Shown here piece after piece: positions 7,165 through 15,675 of a stretch of DNA of 21,287 bases (positions are counted from its first letter, which is position 1; each line of letters opens with the position of its first letter). The notes below the pieces were generated by a model. The model made no database searches. It had not been told where the DNA came from and saw nothing but the letters and a program-made list of their open reading frames with translations. The stretch comes from Promethearchaeota archaeon. GTDB lineage: Archaea > Asgardarchaeota > Thorarchaeia > Thorarchaeales > Thorarchaeaceae. A program made the translations under genes and the position numbers. The stretch is taken from the NCBI GenBank assembly GCA_027031765.1, contig JALVPN010000007.1:1-21287 (forward strand), written 5' to 3'.

Positions 7165-8013
7165 TCATCCTGTGGAGAGCGGGACTGGTATGATGTCGAG
7201 GGACGGTGTGACCCGGCAGACGGTGGGGACTGTGCGCCCTCCATAGGCCGTGCTGAACACGCTCACAAGCCGGCCCCCGAAAAATAGCCGCAGCCCCTCG
7301 GGGAATGCCTGGTGGGCACGCACCATGAGCCGGATGTCCAGTGCCGCTGCAAACTCGTCAAACGCTATGCTGCCAAACTCCCGGGCGCCACCGCCACGCA
7401 TGCTCGGCGAGAACCTGAACCGTGCGTCGACAGGGTCGTTCCATAGCAGTTCGAAGAGCACGTGGTCCTCTATCACAGGTGTGTGTCTGTTGCAGCGTTG
7501 CAGGTCGTCGCGGGAGTGGACACCCTGTGGTACCCCGCCATGACATGCGAAGACACCGTGTGTCGTGATCTCGGCCACAGGGAGGGCTGCGAACAGTTCC
7601 TCGTAGACTCGGAAGGCCCCGTCATGGTAGTGTCTCTGGACATCGTGCAACATACCGTACGTCGCTGCGATGTCGCTGTCCTCATGGTTGCCACGCAGGA
7701 GTGTGATGCGTCCAGGCTCCTGGGCTGCAAGTGCAAGGACCAGGTTGAACGTCTCCACCTGTGCATAGCCGCGGTCTCCGTAGTCACCAAGGAACACCAC
7801 CCGGTGCTCACTGAGTGAGCGGGCCAGTCCCACTACTGCGCGTGCAGCGGCCAGGTCGCCATGCAGGTCACCCACATACAGGGCCGGACCACCCCCTGCA
7901 CTGACGACATTCTCACGGTCACGGTACGCGTCACGCACGACACCCAAGAGCTGGGAGACCTCATCGAACGTCAGCTCTGTCTGACCACTCAAGACCTTCT
8001 TGGCAGACCTCAC
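7165..8013 (-). CDS. PPP-family Ser/Thr protein phosphatase (PP1/PP2A-like metallophosphoesterase)
   Basis: Full ordered motif set GDLHG, GDYGDRG, LLRGNHE, CHGG, LLWNDP, RAHQ, SVFS; GGGGTG RBS before GTG. Confidence 0.92.
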   Translation of the reverse strand: MRSAKKVLSGQTELTFDEVSQLLGVVRDAYRDRENVVSAGGGPALYVGDLHGDLAAARAVVGLARSLSEHRVVFLGDYGDRGYAQVETFNLVLALAAQEPGRITLLRGNHEDSDIAATYGMLHDVQRHYHDGAFRVYEELFAALPVAEITTHGVFACHGGVPQGVHSRDDLQRCNRHTPVIEDHVLFELLWNDPVDARFRFSPSMRGGGAREFGSIAFDEFAAALDIRLMVRAHQAFPEGLRLFFGGRLVSVFSTAYGGRTVPTVCRVTPSLDIIPVPLSTG

Positions 8014-8046
8014 TGTAACACCCCTACATCAGACATGTCCGGTGTA

Positions 8047-8541
8047 CTACCAGCCGAGAGCCCTGAAGACCGCGTCCACTGCCTCCACGGGCGTTTCTGC
8101 CGGGACCACTGTGTCCGGCCTCCGGGCGTCAATCTTCGAGCCTGCAAGCCGCGCCGCCCAGCCGCCGGTGGGTACCAGAGCCACCACGGGCTTACCGGAA
8201 AACCATGCAATCGCCATCTCGCTGAGCGTGCCTGCTGCACCGGCCACTGCAATCACTGCGTCCCCGGTGCGTGCCACGAGGAAGTTCCTTGCGTAGCCGA
8301 GCCCTGTGGGCACGACAATGTCAACGTACGGGTTGACAGTGGCCTTGGACTCGGAGGGGATGATACCGACCGTGAGCCCACCGGCCCGCTTTGCGCCGCG
8401 ACAGGCTGCTTCCATGACACCGCCCAGCCCACCGCAGACGAGGACAACGTCACGACGTGCAATCTCAGCCCCGAGTTCCTCGGCCATGGCAAGCACCTGC
8501 TCGTCGCACTCCGAACCACCGATGACCGAGACTGTGCGCAT
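8047..8541 (-). CDS. TIGR00725 / LOG-family (SLOG) nucleotide-binding protein
   Basis: MRTVSVIGGS, CGGLGGVMEAACRGAKRAGGLTVGIIP, TGLGYARN, GAAGTLSEMAIA. Start moved from 8604 to ATG 8541, where the family homology begins and a GGAGGT RBS lies upstream. Confidence 0.88.
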   Translation of the reverse strand: MRTVSVIGGSECDEQVLAMAEELGAEIARRDVVLVCGGLGGVMEAACRGAKRAGGLTVGIIPSESKATVNPYVDIVVPTGLGYARNFLVARTGDAVIAVAGAAGTLSEMAIAWFSGKPVVALVPTGGWAARLAGSKIDARRPDTVVPAETPVEAVDAVFRALGW

Positions 8542-8566
8542 CGGCACGACAAGACCTCCCATCCCA

Positions 8567-9691
8567 TCATGTTTCAGTGTGGTGTTCACGGTACTCCCGC
8601 GCACGGAGCAAGTTCCTTATCATCTCCAAGAAGACAGGTGTTGGTAGGCGACCGTCCCGTACCCGTCGCAGGGCCATCGAGATAAGGCGGGAGTCCCGGG
8701 CCTTGCGGTCCCTTGCGGCCTCGGCCACCCACTCAGGGATGTCAGCCCGGGTGGCAAGACTGAACTTCCTGCACATGCTCGCCTGTGCAATCTGGCGGCG
8801 GACGTCGTCGGGGATGCTGTCGGTTGCCAGGGCATACACTTTCGCAGCAGTGAGCAGGGCCCGTGGGCCGAGCTCGCCGGATGACCAGCCGCCGTCAGTC
8901 CCTACAATACACAGGCGGGCGTCTCGTTTGCAGCGCTGGGTACAGTAGTCGCATATGATGGGCCTGAAGCTGACAGCCCCCGTGAGGAGGTCGACTGTTA
9001 TCCTGCCGGGCTGCGTAGCGACCACGCAGGTATTGCCGTCCACTGTCAACTGGAGCGAACGTGCAAGGCCCCGGAGGAACTTGACCTCGCGCTCGTTGTT
9101 GAGCCGGTCGCGTGAGCCACTGGCAGTGACCGGTACGACGCACCTTGCAGGGTCGATGGAATACACGCGGACTGGTGGCAACGACCCTTCTGTGTAGGCC
9201 AGGACGGCGCGTGCAATGTCCTCAAGACAGGTCTGCACAGGCTGTGGTGGGACGACGGCCTCGCGCCCGAACATCTCTGACAGCACGGGCGTCATCATCT
9301 CGGCGTCCTCGTTAGTACCGACTACCACCACAGAGACCGCCGCCCGTGCTCGTGGCGAGACCATGTCGTAGAGCTGTGCTGCCGTACGGGCCTCGTCGGG
9401 ACGCAGGACGAGGACTGCCGCCATGTGGCCCCGCATGAAGCTTGTGAGGAAGCTGTCCTGCAGGTCGGTGGGCAGTGCCCAGACCTGGAGTGCCACTCTT
9501 GCCTGCCGGTCAAGCTCAAGACGCACCGCAGCCAGGCTGATCCCCAACACACCATACAACATCCGTATTGTACGGTTGCCACTGAGAGCGTTCAGGAGAC
9601 CCGCAATGAGGGTCCGGTCATGCCCAATGACCACTACTTTGAACATTGCTGACAGTACCGGTGTTTCCGTGGACTCGCTCTTGTGGCTCAA
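8567..9691 (-). CDS. Hypothetical protein: degenerate Rab/Ras-like small-GTPase domain plus Cys-rich C-terminal domain
   Basis: FKVVVIG...GISLAAVRLEL...VALQVW...FMRGHMAAVLV...VVVVGTNED follows the Rab strand/helix pattern but lacks GK[ST], DxxG and NKxD. C-terminal half has CDYCTQRC and further Cys. CATATAG about 30 nt upstream supports the TTG start. Confidence 0.7.
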   Translation of the reverse strand: MSHKSESTETPVLSAMFKVVVIGHDRTLIAGLLNALSGNRTIRMLYGVLGISLAAVRLELDRQARVALQVWALPTDLQDSFLTSFMRGHMAAVLVLRPDEARTAAQLYDMVSPRARAAVSVVVVGTNEDAEMMTPVLSEMFGREAVVPPQPVQTCLEDIARAVLAYTEGSLPPVRVYSIDPARCVVPVTASGSRDRLNNEREVKFLRGLARSLQLTVDGNTCVVATQPGRITVDLLTGAVSFRPIICDYCTQRCKRDARLCIVGTDGGWSSGELGPRALLTAAKVYALATDSIPDDVRRQIAQASMCRKFSLATRADIPEWVAEAARDRKARDSRLISMALRRVRDGRLPTPVFLEMIRNLLRAREYREHHTET

Positions 9692-9809
9692 GATTTCTCG
9701 TGAAGACCACTGCGTGACACGCTATATGTGTATCGAGTGGGGAAAGGGCCCGCTGGCACGGTGCCACCGGTAGGCCTTGACATAGGGGGTTTCCGGTCAT
9801 CATGGAGGG

Positions 9810-10217
9810 TCAGTAGTCACTGTCATCCCGGTGCAGACCTGTTTCGTCGTCCCAGTCATGGTGAAGGTGTGGGCCATACACCACAACACGGTCTAGCAGC
9901 TCCGCTAGGTGACGCCACTCACGATAACGGCGACGGCGTCCTACCACACCGGCGACGGTGATGACGAGTAGACACAACAGTGCTGTCGACACCGCCTCCA
10001 CAAAAGGGCCGATGCTTGGGGCGAGGAGGACTACAAAGACCGCAAATACGAGGCCCACCACCACCGTATTTAGGTAGCAGTCACAGGTGAGCGACAGTTC
10101 TGGTGGCCCTATCCGGAAGTCGTCTGGTTCGGTGCCTGGTGCACGGTTCAGATAATAGTTGAACACGGCTGCGAGGGCGGTGCCTACTACTACTAGGGCT
10201 ATGGCGACCGGGTCCAT
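9810..10217 (-). CDS. Small hypothetical membrane protein (about 3 TM helices, acidic C-terminal tail)
   Basis: Three hydrophobic stretches, a basic RRRRYR stop-transfer segment, ATG with GGGGTGG RBS; fills the gap in a co-directional gene run. Confidence 0.72.
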   Translation of the reverse strand: MDPVAIALVVVGTALAAVFNYYLNRAPGTEPDDFRIGPPELSLTCDCYLNTVVVGLVFAVFVVLLAPSIGPFVEAVSTALLCLLVITVAGVVGRRRRYREWRHLAELLDRVVVYGPHLHHDWDDETGLHRDDSDY

Positions 10218-10251
10218 GTGTTGACCACCCCAGAGTGGCCCGCCACAGGCA

Positions 10252-12069
10252 TCACGCCTCGGCAGCGGGCTCCGCGACCTTCAGGCACGTGAAGCCGTAC
10301 TCGCCCTCGTAACTTATCTCGGCATCGGCCTCGGGCACTATAACGAGCGGCACGGCGTGTTCCTTCAGGTGCCGGGCTTCAGACTTGAGCACCATGAACC
10401 TGCCGCGTGTGAGGGCGACCTTGTGACCGGTCTTCAGGTGTTGGAGCTCCCTGTGACCACTGACATCAATGCCCAACCGCAAGTGTAGGCGCTCGTTCCT
10501 CACGACCAGCGTCCTCATGCTGTCGTGGGACAGTACTGTAAGGACATCCATCCAGCCCTGCATCTCACGCGGGAGCTCGGTCACGTCGACAGGCCCATCG
10601 GTGAGGTACTCGTCCACAGGGGGGATGTTGCCCTGCAGCTCGTTCAGGATTGACGTCACCACATCGGTCTCCCAGCCCTTCTTTACAAAACTCTTGAGGG
10701 CGTGCTCGGCAATGCCTTCCAGAGCCGCTTTGAAGCGGTCATGGGCTGAGGAGCTTATCCGGTACAGCATGAGGAGGCTAGCGCCCGCACCGTCCTCCTT
10801 GCCGTAGGCCACACTTATCTTGTAGGCTGTGACCGCCAGCTGCCAGGCATTCTTGTGTGCATCGAACTGGAGGGAGTACCGGGCGAGGTCATTGAGCAGG
10901 CTGACCGTTGTGGTCGGGTAGGTCAACCGGTTCTTGGTCAGCGAGAAGCCGCCCATGAACTTGCGTAGGATCTGCATTGCGACGTACATGCCCTCGGTGG
11001 TGGCCTTCATGTCCTCGAGGCCGTGGCGCTCAAGGTGGCTGTCGTACAGGCCGTAATAGTAGTCAATCTCATCGAAGTCGCCGCGGATGAGGGCGAGGAT
11101 GATGCGGACCATGAACACCGACGCTTTCAACTCCTCGTTCGACACGGCTGCGAACATGAGCAGCCTGAAGGCCTCGTCACTGACCGACAGTGCGTCCTCA
11201 GCGCCCTCCCGTGTCCCTCGATAGAGGTGACAGATGGTCTCGAGGTGGTAGAGGAAGAGGGTGAGGTCTGACGCATGCTCGACCAGTTTCTTGTGCGTCC
11301 CACTGTCATTGGTCAGTGTTGACACTATGAGCAGCCGTTCAATCTCGTTCTGTACAGCCTCGATCTCATTGGCCAGGGAGTCGTACTTCCCGGCACGAAA
11401 GTCGTCGAACATCGTTGGGATGTCCGCTTTTATGTCCTCAAGGAAGTCGAGCACGAACAGCGGCTGGCCACGGGAAATGCTGTGGTCGAGCTCTTCCACA
11501 GGCCGCCTGACCGTCCGCAGCACGCGGAGGGCATGCTCTTCAATCATCCGTATGCGGGTGACAGGGTCGTAGGCCTCGCGTCGTGAGATGCTGTACCGCA
11601 CCTCCTCAGCATAGATCCGGTCACGTATTGCAGAGAGCTTTTTCCGCAGGGACTCTTCGGTGATGGTCTCCATGAGCTCGAGCACAAAGGCCGACCCCAC
11701 AATGCCGTCCACTCCTTCAATCCCGAGGTCATGGATTGTGTTCAGGAGCTTCATGTCGCTTGTCACAATCCGGGCGTTGCGGGCACGCATGCCAGCAAGC
11801 AGAAGGGACATGTCGTTCAGCTGGGGGAGGGAGCTCTCCGGACGGTGTAGGCTCTCCATGAACGACTTGACGTCCCGTGTGAGGGTCTCATCAATCATGA
11901 CGATGTCCTCAGCCGTGCGCCGGAGATACCACCGGAGCTCTTGGAAAACTTGTCGGGTGACCCATAGTTCCATCCCGGCCTTCTCTGCAGCCTCCTTGAT
12001 CACGTACATGTCCTTCGGTCTCTCAGAAAAGCCACTTATGAAGAAGTTCGCATCAAGGTAGACCCGCAT
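10252..12069 (-). CDS. Large PIN-domain protein (N-terminal PIN plus about 470 aa helical and beta region)
   Basis: VYLDANFF, VFQEL, NDMSLL and IVTSDMKL give the four PIN acidic positions. Start set at ATG 12069 with GAGGAG upstream. Confidence 0.8.
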   Translation of the reverse strand: MRVYLDANFFISGFSERPKDMYVIKEAAEKAGMELWVTRQVFQELRWYLRRTAEDIVMIDETLTRDVKSFMESLHRPESSLPQLNDMSLLLAGMRARNARIVTSDMKLLNTIHDLGIEGVDGIVGSAFVLELMETITEESLRKKLSAIRDRIYAEEVRYSISRREAYDPVTRIRMIEEHALRVLRTVRRPVEELDHSISRGQPLFVLDFLEDIKADIPTMFDDFRAGKYDSLANEIEAVQNEIERLLIVSTLTNDSGTHKKLVEHASDLTLFLYHLETICHLYRGTREGAEDALSVSDEAFRLLMFAAVSNEELKASVFMVRIILALIRGDFDEIDYYYGLYDSHLERHGLEDMKATTEGMYVAMQILRKFMGGFSLTKNRLTYPTTTVSLLNDLARYSLQFDAHKNAWQLAVTAYKISVAYGKEDGAGASLLMLYRISSSAHDRFKAALEGIAEHALKSFVKKGWETDVVTSILNELQGNIPPVDEYLTDGPVDVTELPREMQGWMDVLTVLSHDSMRTLVVRNERLHLRLGIDVSGHRELQHLKTGHKVALTRGRFMVLKSEARHLKEHAVPLVIVPEADAEISYEGEYGFTCLKVAEPAAEA

Positions 12070-12310
12070 GAACACTCGACTCCTCGGTACAGCCATGTCC
12101 CACACGGTGGACTGCCCAGTGCCGTAGGCTGTTGCCCCGGCTGGTTGTGTCCCCGTATTGGACTGAGGTACTGTGATGAAACAGACCTGCTAGATAAAAG
12201 GAATCAACCCGTGGTACGGAAAAAGGTTGCGCTCTGTCACGGGCGCACCGCCGCCTGTATGTGTACGTTGGCGGTCCTAGGACGACTAGTCCGTGGACGT
12301 GTCGCTAGTC

Positions 12311-12316
12311 TTAAAT
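12311..12316 (+). promoter_or_regulatory. Candidate TATA box (TTAAAT) for the acyl-CoA synthetase gene
   Basis: Only such motif shortly upstream (about 45 nt) of the GTG at 12361, in the divergent intergenic region. Confidence 0.35.
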
Positions 12317-12360
12317 CACTGGTGGCGGGCGGGTGGGCTACCCTCTTTGGGGGCCTCGCA

Positions 12361-13809
12361 GTGGAAAACGTCCAGAGACCAACTGTGGCAGAAGTCCTTG
12401 ACATCCACAGTGTTGTTGTGGTCGGCGTCTCGGCAAAGATGGGCTACTACTGGGCACACTCGGTCCTACAGTGGCCCCACGACCTGAAGGTCTGGCTCGT
12501 TGCACGACGTGGCGGCGAGGTGCTGGGACACAGAGTCCTCACCGACATCTCGGATGTACCGGAAAAGGTCGACTATGCCATAGTGTCCGTCCCGTACAGG
12601 GCCGTGCCGGATGTGTTGCGTGCATGTGCCAAGCTGGGTGCCCGTGGTGCCACCATATTCACAAGTGGCTACTCGGAGCTCGGTACGCCAGAGGGACGGG
12701 CACGGGAGCAGGGACTCACAGCCCTCGTCAGGTCACTGCCAATGCGGGTCTTCGGCCCGAACTGCATGGGCATCTGTTATCCCGAGCGCGGGCTGGCATT
12801 CATGCCAACAGTGAAGAGGAGCCCCGGCCACACTGCATTCGTGTCACAGTCCGGCGGTGTCGCAATAAGCGTATACACAGCTGGTGCAGAGTCCGGACTG
12901 GGGTTCAGCAAGCTCTTCAGTTTCGGCAACGGCATCGACATAAGGCCACCCGAACTCTTCGACTACCTGCGCGACGACAGCGAGACACACGTGGTAGGTG
13001 CGTATCTTGAGGGCACACGCGACGGCAAGGCGCTGTACCGTGCGCTGTGGACACTGGCCCACGAGAAGCCGGTCGTACTGCTCAAAGGGGGTCGTTCCAA
13101 GGAGGGGTCACGTGTTGCCTCTTCCCATACTGGCGCCCTGGCCGGGACTCCGGACATATGGCTGGCTGCCCTCAGACAGGCCAACGTCGCCGTTGTGGAG
13201 ACCCTTGAGGACATGGTGGCCACACTCTCTGTGTTTGCAAAGTGCCCGCCCCCACAGTCCAGGAGCGTCGGCATCATGAGCATCAGCGGGGGCACCAGCG
13301 TCGTGTACACGGACCTGTGTACTGAGCACGGCCTGAGCGTGCCAAGGACACCGGCGAGCACACGGGAGGCACTCGACCCCCTGGTCAGGGACGTCGGGAC
13401 GAGCCTGAACAACCCTATTGACCTTGCTGCCGACTACTACTCCGATACCACCATTGCCGACGTCATCAGGACTGTCGGTGGATGTGAGGCCTTCAGTTCG
13501 CTCATGCTCGAAGCCGACGTCCACCACATATACCAAGTCAGCTCAATCATGGACGCCACGGACACCGTCAGTGACTTCTGGTGGGCCATGGCCAGCGCTG
13601 GCAAGGGGGGCGTGGAGCAGCACGCGAAGCCCGTACTCGCTGTGGTGCCTGATGTAGCATATCCTGCGGCCCGCAAGGAGGCGTGGGACATCTTCGTGGA
13701 GGCGGGACTGCCAGTGTTCAGGAACTTCAGGGAGGCGGTCGGGGCACTCGCACGGGTGTGCGCCTACTACGAGACCAAACAGGCGAGGGCCTCCACTGCG
13801 TGCCGATGA
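12361..13809 (+). CDS. acdA: Acetate/acyl--CoA ligase (NDP-forming) alpha subunit, CoA-binding protein
   Basis: Motifs VVGVS, VDYAIVSVP, IFTSGYSELG, GPNCMG, SQSGG, SFGNGID, YLEG, LKGGRS, SSHTGALAG (phospho-His loop) and NNPIDL; no ATP-grasp domain. Start moved from 12145 to GTG 12361 (GGGGG 7 nt upstream; homology starts there). Confidence 0.85.
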   Translation: MENVQRPTVAEVLDIHSVVVVGVSAKMGYYWAHSVLQWPHDLKVWLVARRGGEVLGHRVLTDISDVPEKVDYAIVSVPYRAVPDVLRACAKLGARGATIFTSGYSELGTPEGRAREQGLTALVRSLPMRVFGPNCMGICYPERGLAFMPTVKRSPGHTAFVSQSGGVAISVYTAGAESGLGFSKLFSFGNGIDIRPPELFDYLRDDSETHVVGAYLEGTRDGKALYRALWTLAHEKPVVLLKGGRSKEGSRVASSHTGALAGTPDIWLAALRQANVAVVETLEDMVATLSVFAKCPPPQSRSVGIMSISGGTSVVYTDLCTEHGLSVPRTPASTREALDPLVRDVGTSLNNPIDLAADYYSDTTIADVIRTVGGCEAFSSLMLEADVHHIYQVSSIMDATDTVSDFWWAMASAGKGGVEQHAKPVLAVVPDVAYPAARKEAWDIFVEAGLPVFRNFREAVGALARVCAYYETKQARASTACR

Positions 13810-13863
13810 CGAGGACTGGGGACTGGACAGGCGGCACTCAGCTGTGACGGTACGGTAGGTGCA

Positions 13864-13966
13864 TGGCCGCTGTCAGGGGTGTGTTGTTACCGACCGGTCG
13901 TCACCTGTCAGCTGCTAGGAGCTGGCGCGGCCACACAGGGGCACCATGCAGCCAAGACAGCGGCCA
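13864..13966. repeat. 11-bp perfect inverted repeat enclosing a 10-bp palindrome between convergent genes
   Basis: TGGCCGCTGTC (13864-13874) / GACAGCGGCCA (13956-13966); internal CGACCGGTCG (13891-13900). Confidence 0.55.
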
Positions 13967-13982
13967 GTGTCTGTGACGAGTG

Positions 13983-15452
13983 CTAGAGCAGTCCCACATC
14001 TGCGTTGAACTGTTCGATGAGCCGGTCAATCTCGGGGACGAGTGCCTGTATGGCCGGCCAGTACTCGTCGTGTTCGTACCACTGGCGGTTGAGCTCGTCA
14101 AGGTCGAACATCTGCTGCTCAATCCACGTGAAGTACTTCAGGTGGTGGATGCGCTTCCTGTCATAGTGTGTGAGTTCCACCATCGCATCGGTCTTGGTGG
14201 CCATCAGGTGCCCGTAGTAGTCCCGGATGGCACTGTCGCGGGTGTACTCGCCGTGCTGTGCCCGTGCTTCTCTGAGCCTGGAACCGTAGAGCTCCATTGA
14301 GTCTGTGAACACGGTCAGCACCATGTCTTTCCGGTCAAGCTCGTAGTACTTGGCAAACTTGACCGCCATCAGGACATTCGCAATGCTTGAGATCCCCAGA
14401 AGGTCGAGCTGGGACACCAGCTCCTCGTCCACACCGATGTCGTCAATGAGGTATCTCCTCCCGGCCGGCTCGTTGAACAGGCGTATGAGGGCCATTGGGT
14501 CGTTGTCGTCAATGGCAATCACCACGTCAGTGTTCCTGACGTTGTGAATCCACGGCACGTGCTTGTCACCAATCCCCTCAATCCTGTGGGCACCATAGCC
14601 GTTCAACCACAACGTGGGACACTGGACCGCCTCACCAGCCGCCACCTTTGACCCCGGGAACACCTGCTTGAGGTAGTCGCCACTTGCAATCGTACCTGCA
14701 GAACCCGTGGTCAGACAGAGCCCGCGGAACCGCCCACCACCAGGTCGCGCCCTGATGAGCTCCTCCATTGCGTGGCCGGTCACGTCGTAGTGGAACAGGT
14801 AGTTGCCGAACTCTGCGAACTGGTTGAACACAAAGATGTCATCCCTAGTGCGACGCAGTTCCCATACCTTGTCGTATATCTCCTTCACGTTGCTCTCACA
14901 GCCAGGCGTTGCGATGATTTCCCCGGCCACCGTCCTGAGCCAGTCAAAGCGCTCCTGAGACATCCCTTCCGGGAGTACTGCAATGCTCTCACAGCCGAGG
15001 AGTGTCGCATCATACGCACCACCCCTGCAGAAGTTCCCGGTGCTCGGCCATACGGCCTTGTGACGGGTCGGGTCGAACTGGCCAGTGACGAGACGTGGCA
15101 CAAGACACCCGAACGTGGCACCGACCTTGTGCGAGCCGGTCGGGAACCACTTGCCCACAAGGGCGACCACACGTGCCTCGACCCCCGTGAGTCCGGGTGG
15201 CAACTCCATATGGTTTGGGAGCTCCACGAACAGGCCACCCCGTGCCACGGGTTCGTTCTTCCACGTGATCCTGAAGAGGTTCCATGGTGTCACGTCCCAC
15301 AGACCAGTGCCCCTCAGCTCGTCCTTGATACGTTGTAGCACGAGACGTGCGGGGTCTTTCATCTGTGCGAAGGTGGGGATGATGACACCACGCTCACGGC
15401 AACGTGCCACGGCATGTGCGTACTGTTCCTCGTGTCTGCTGAGGTCTATCAA
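13983..15452 (-). CDS. PLP-dependent enzyme, fold type II (cysteine synthase / Trp synthase beta superfamily), substrate unknown
   Basis: PTGSHKVG (Schiff-base Lys), PSTGNFCRGGA, TTGSAGT (phosphate-binding loop), IEGIGDKHVPW, LGISSIAN. Confidence 0.88.
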   Translation of the reverse strand: MIDLSRHEEQYAHAVARCRERGVIIPTFAQMKDPARLVLQRIKDELRGTGLWDVTPWNLFRITWKNEPVARGGLFVELPNHMELPPGLTGVEARVVALVGKWFPTGSHKVGATFGCLVPRLVTGQFDPTRHKAVWPSTGNFCRGGAYDATLLGCESIAVLPEGMSQERFDWLRTVAGEIIATPGCESNVKEIYDKVWELRRTRDDIFVFNQFAEFGNYLFHYDVTGHAMEELIRARPGGGRFRGLCLTTGSAGTIASGDYLKQVFPGSKVAAGEAVQCPTLWLNGYGAHRIEGIGDKHVPWIHNVRNTDVVIAIDDNDPMALIRLFNEPAGRRYLIDDIGVDEELVSQLDLLGISSIANVLMAVKFAKYYELDRKDMVLTVFTDSMELYGSRLREARAQHGEYTRDSAIRDYYGHLMATKTDAMVELTHYDRKRIHHLKYFTWIEQQMFDLDELNRQWYEHDEYWPAIQALVPEIDRLIEQFNADVGLL

Positions 15453-15528
15453 ACACCGTCATCTCCTGTGAGCGTGCAACGTGCGGCAAGGACGGGCTGG
15501 TGCAGGCCACGTAGTAGCCCATCGGTTC

Positions 15529-15538
15529 ATATAATAAG
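15529..15538 (-). promoter_or_regulatory. Candidate TATA box (CTTATTATAT) for the PLP enzyme gene
   Basis: AT-rich box about 77 nt upstream of TTG 15452; the same CTTATTAT core precedes tdh. Confidence 0.42.
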
Positions 15539-15675
15539 ATGACGGCAAGACTGGCTGCAATGAGCACGAGGCTCATACAGTTAGCATAAAAAGGGTTGCA
15601 CCAATGAGGGGGCGCAGCTCAGTGCAGAGAGCTCGCGGGCCGACCGGCCCAGACTGGCCCGCTGGAGTGACGTAG

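Noticed and set aside
10252-12069. PIN gene as a VapBC toxin-antitoxin locus
   Set aside because: It is more than four times VapC length, and no small antitoxin ORF overlaps or precedes it.
12145-12360. 72-aa N-terminal extension of the acyl-CoA synthetase
   Set aside because: No family similarity; it spans the divergent promoter region including the TTAAAT box.
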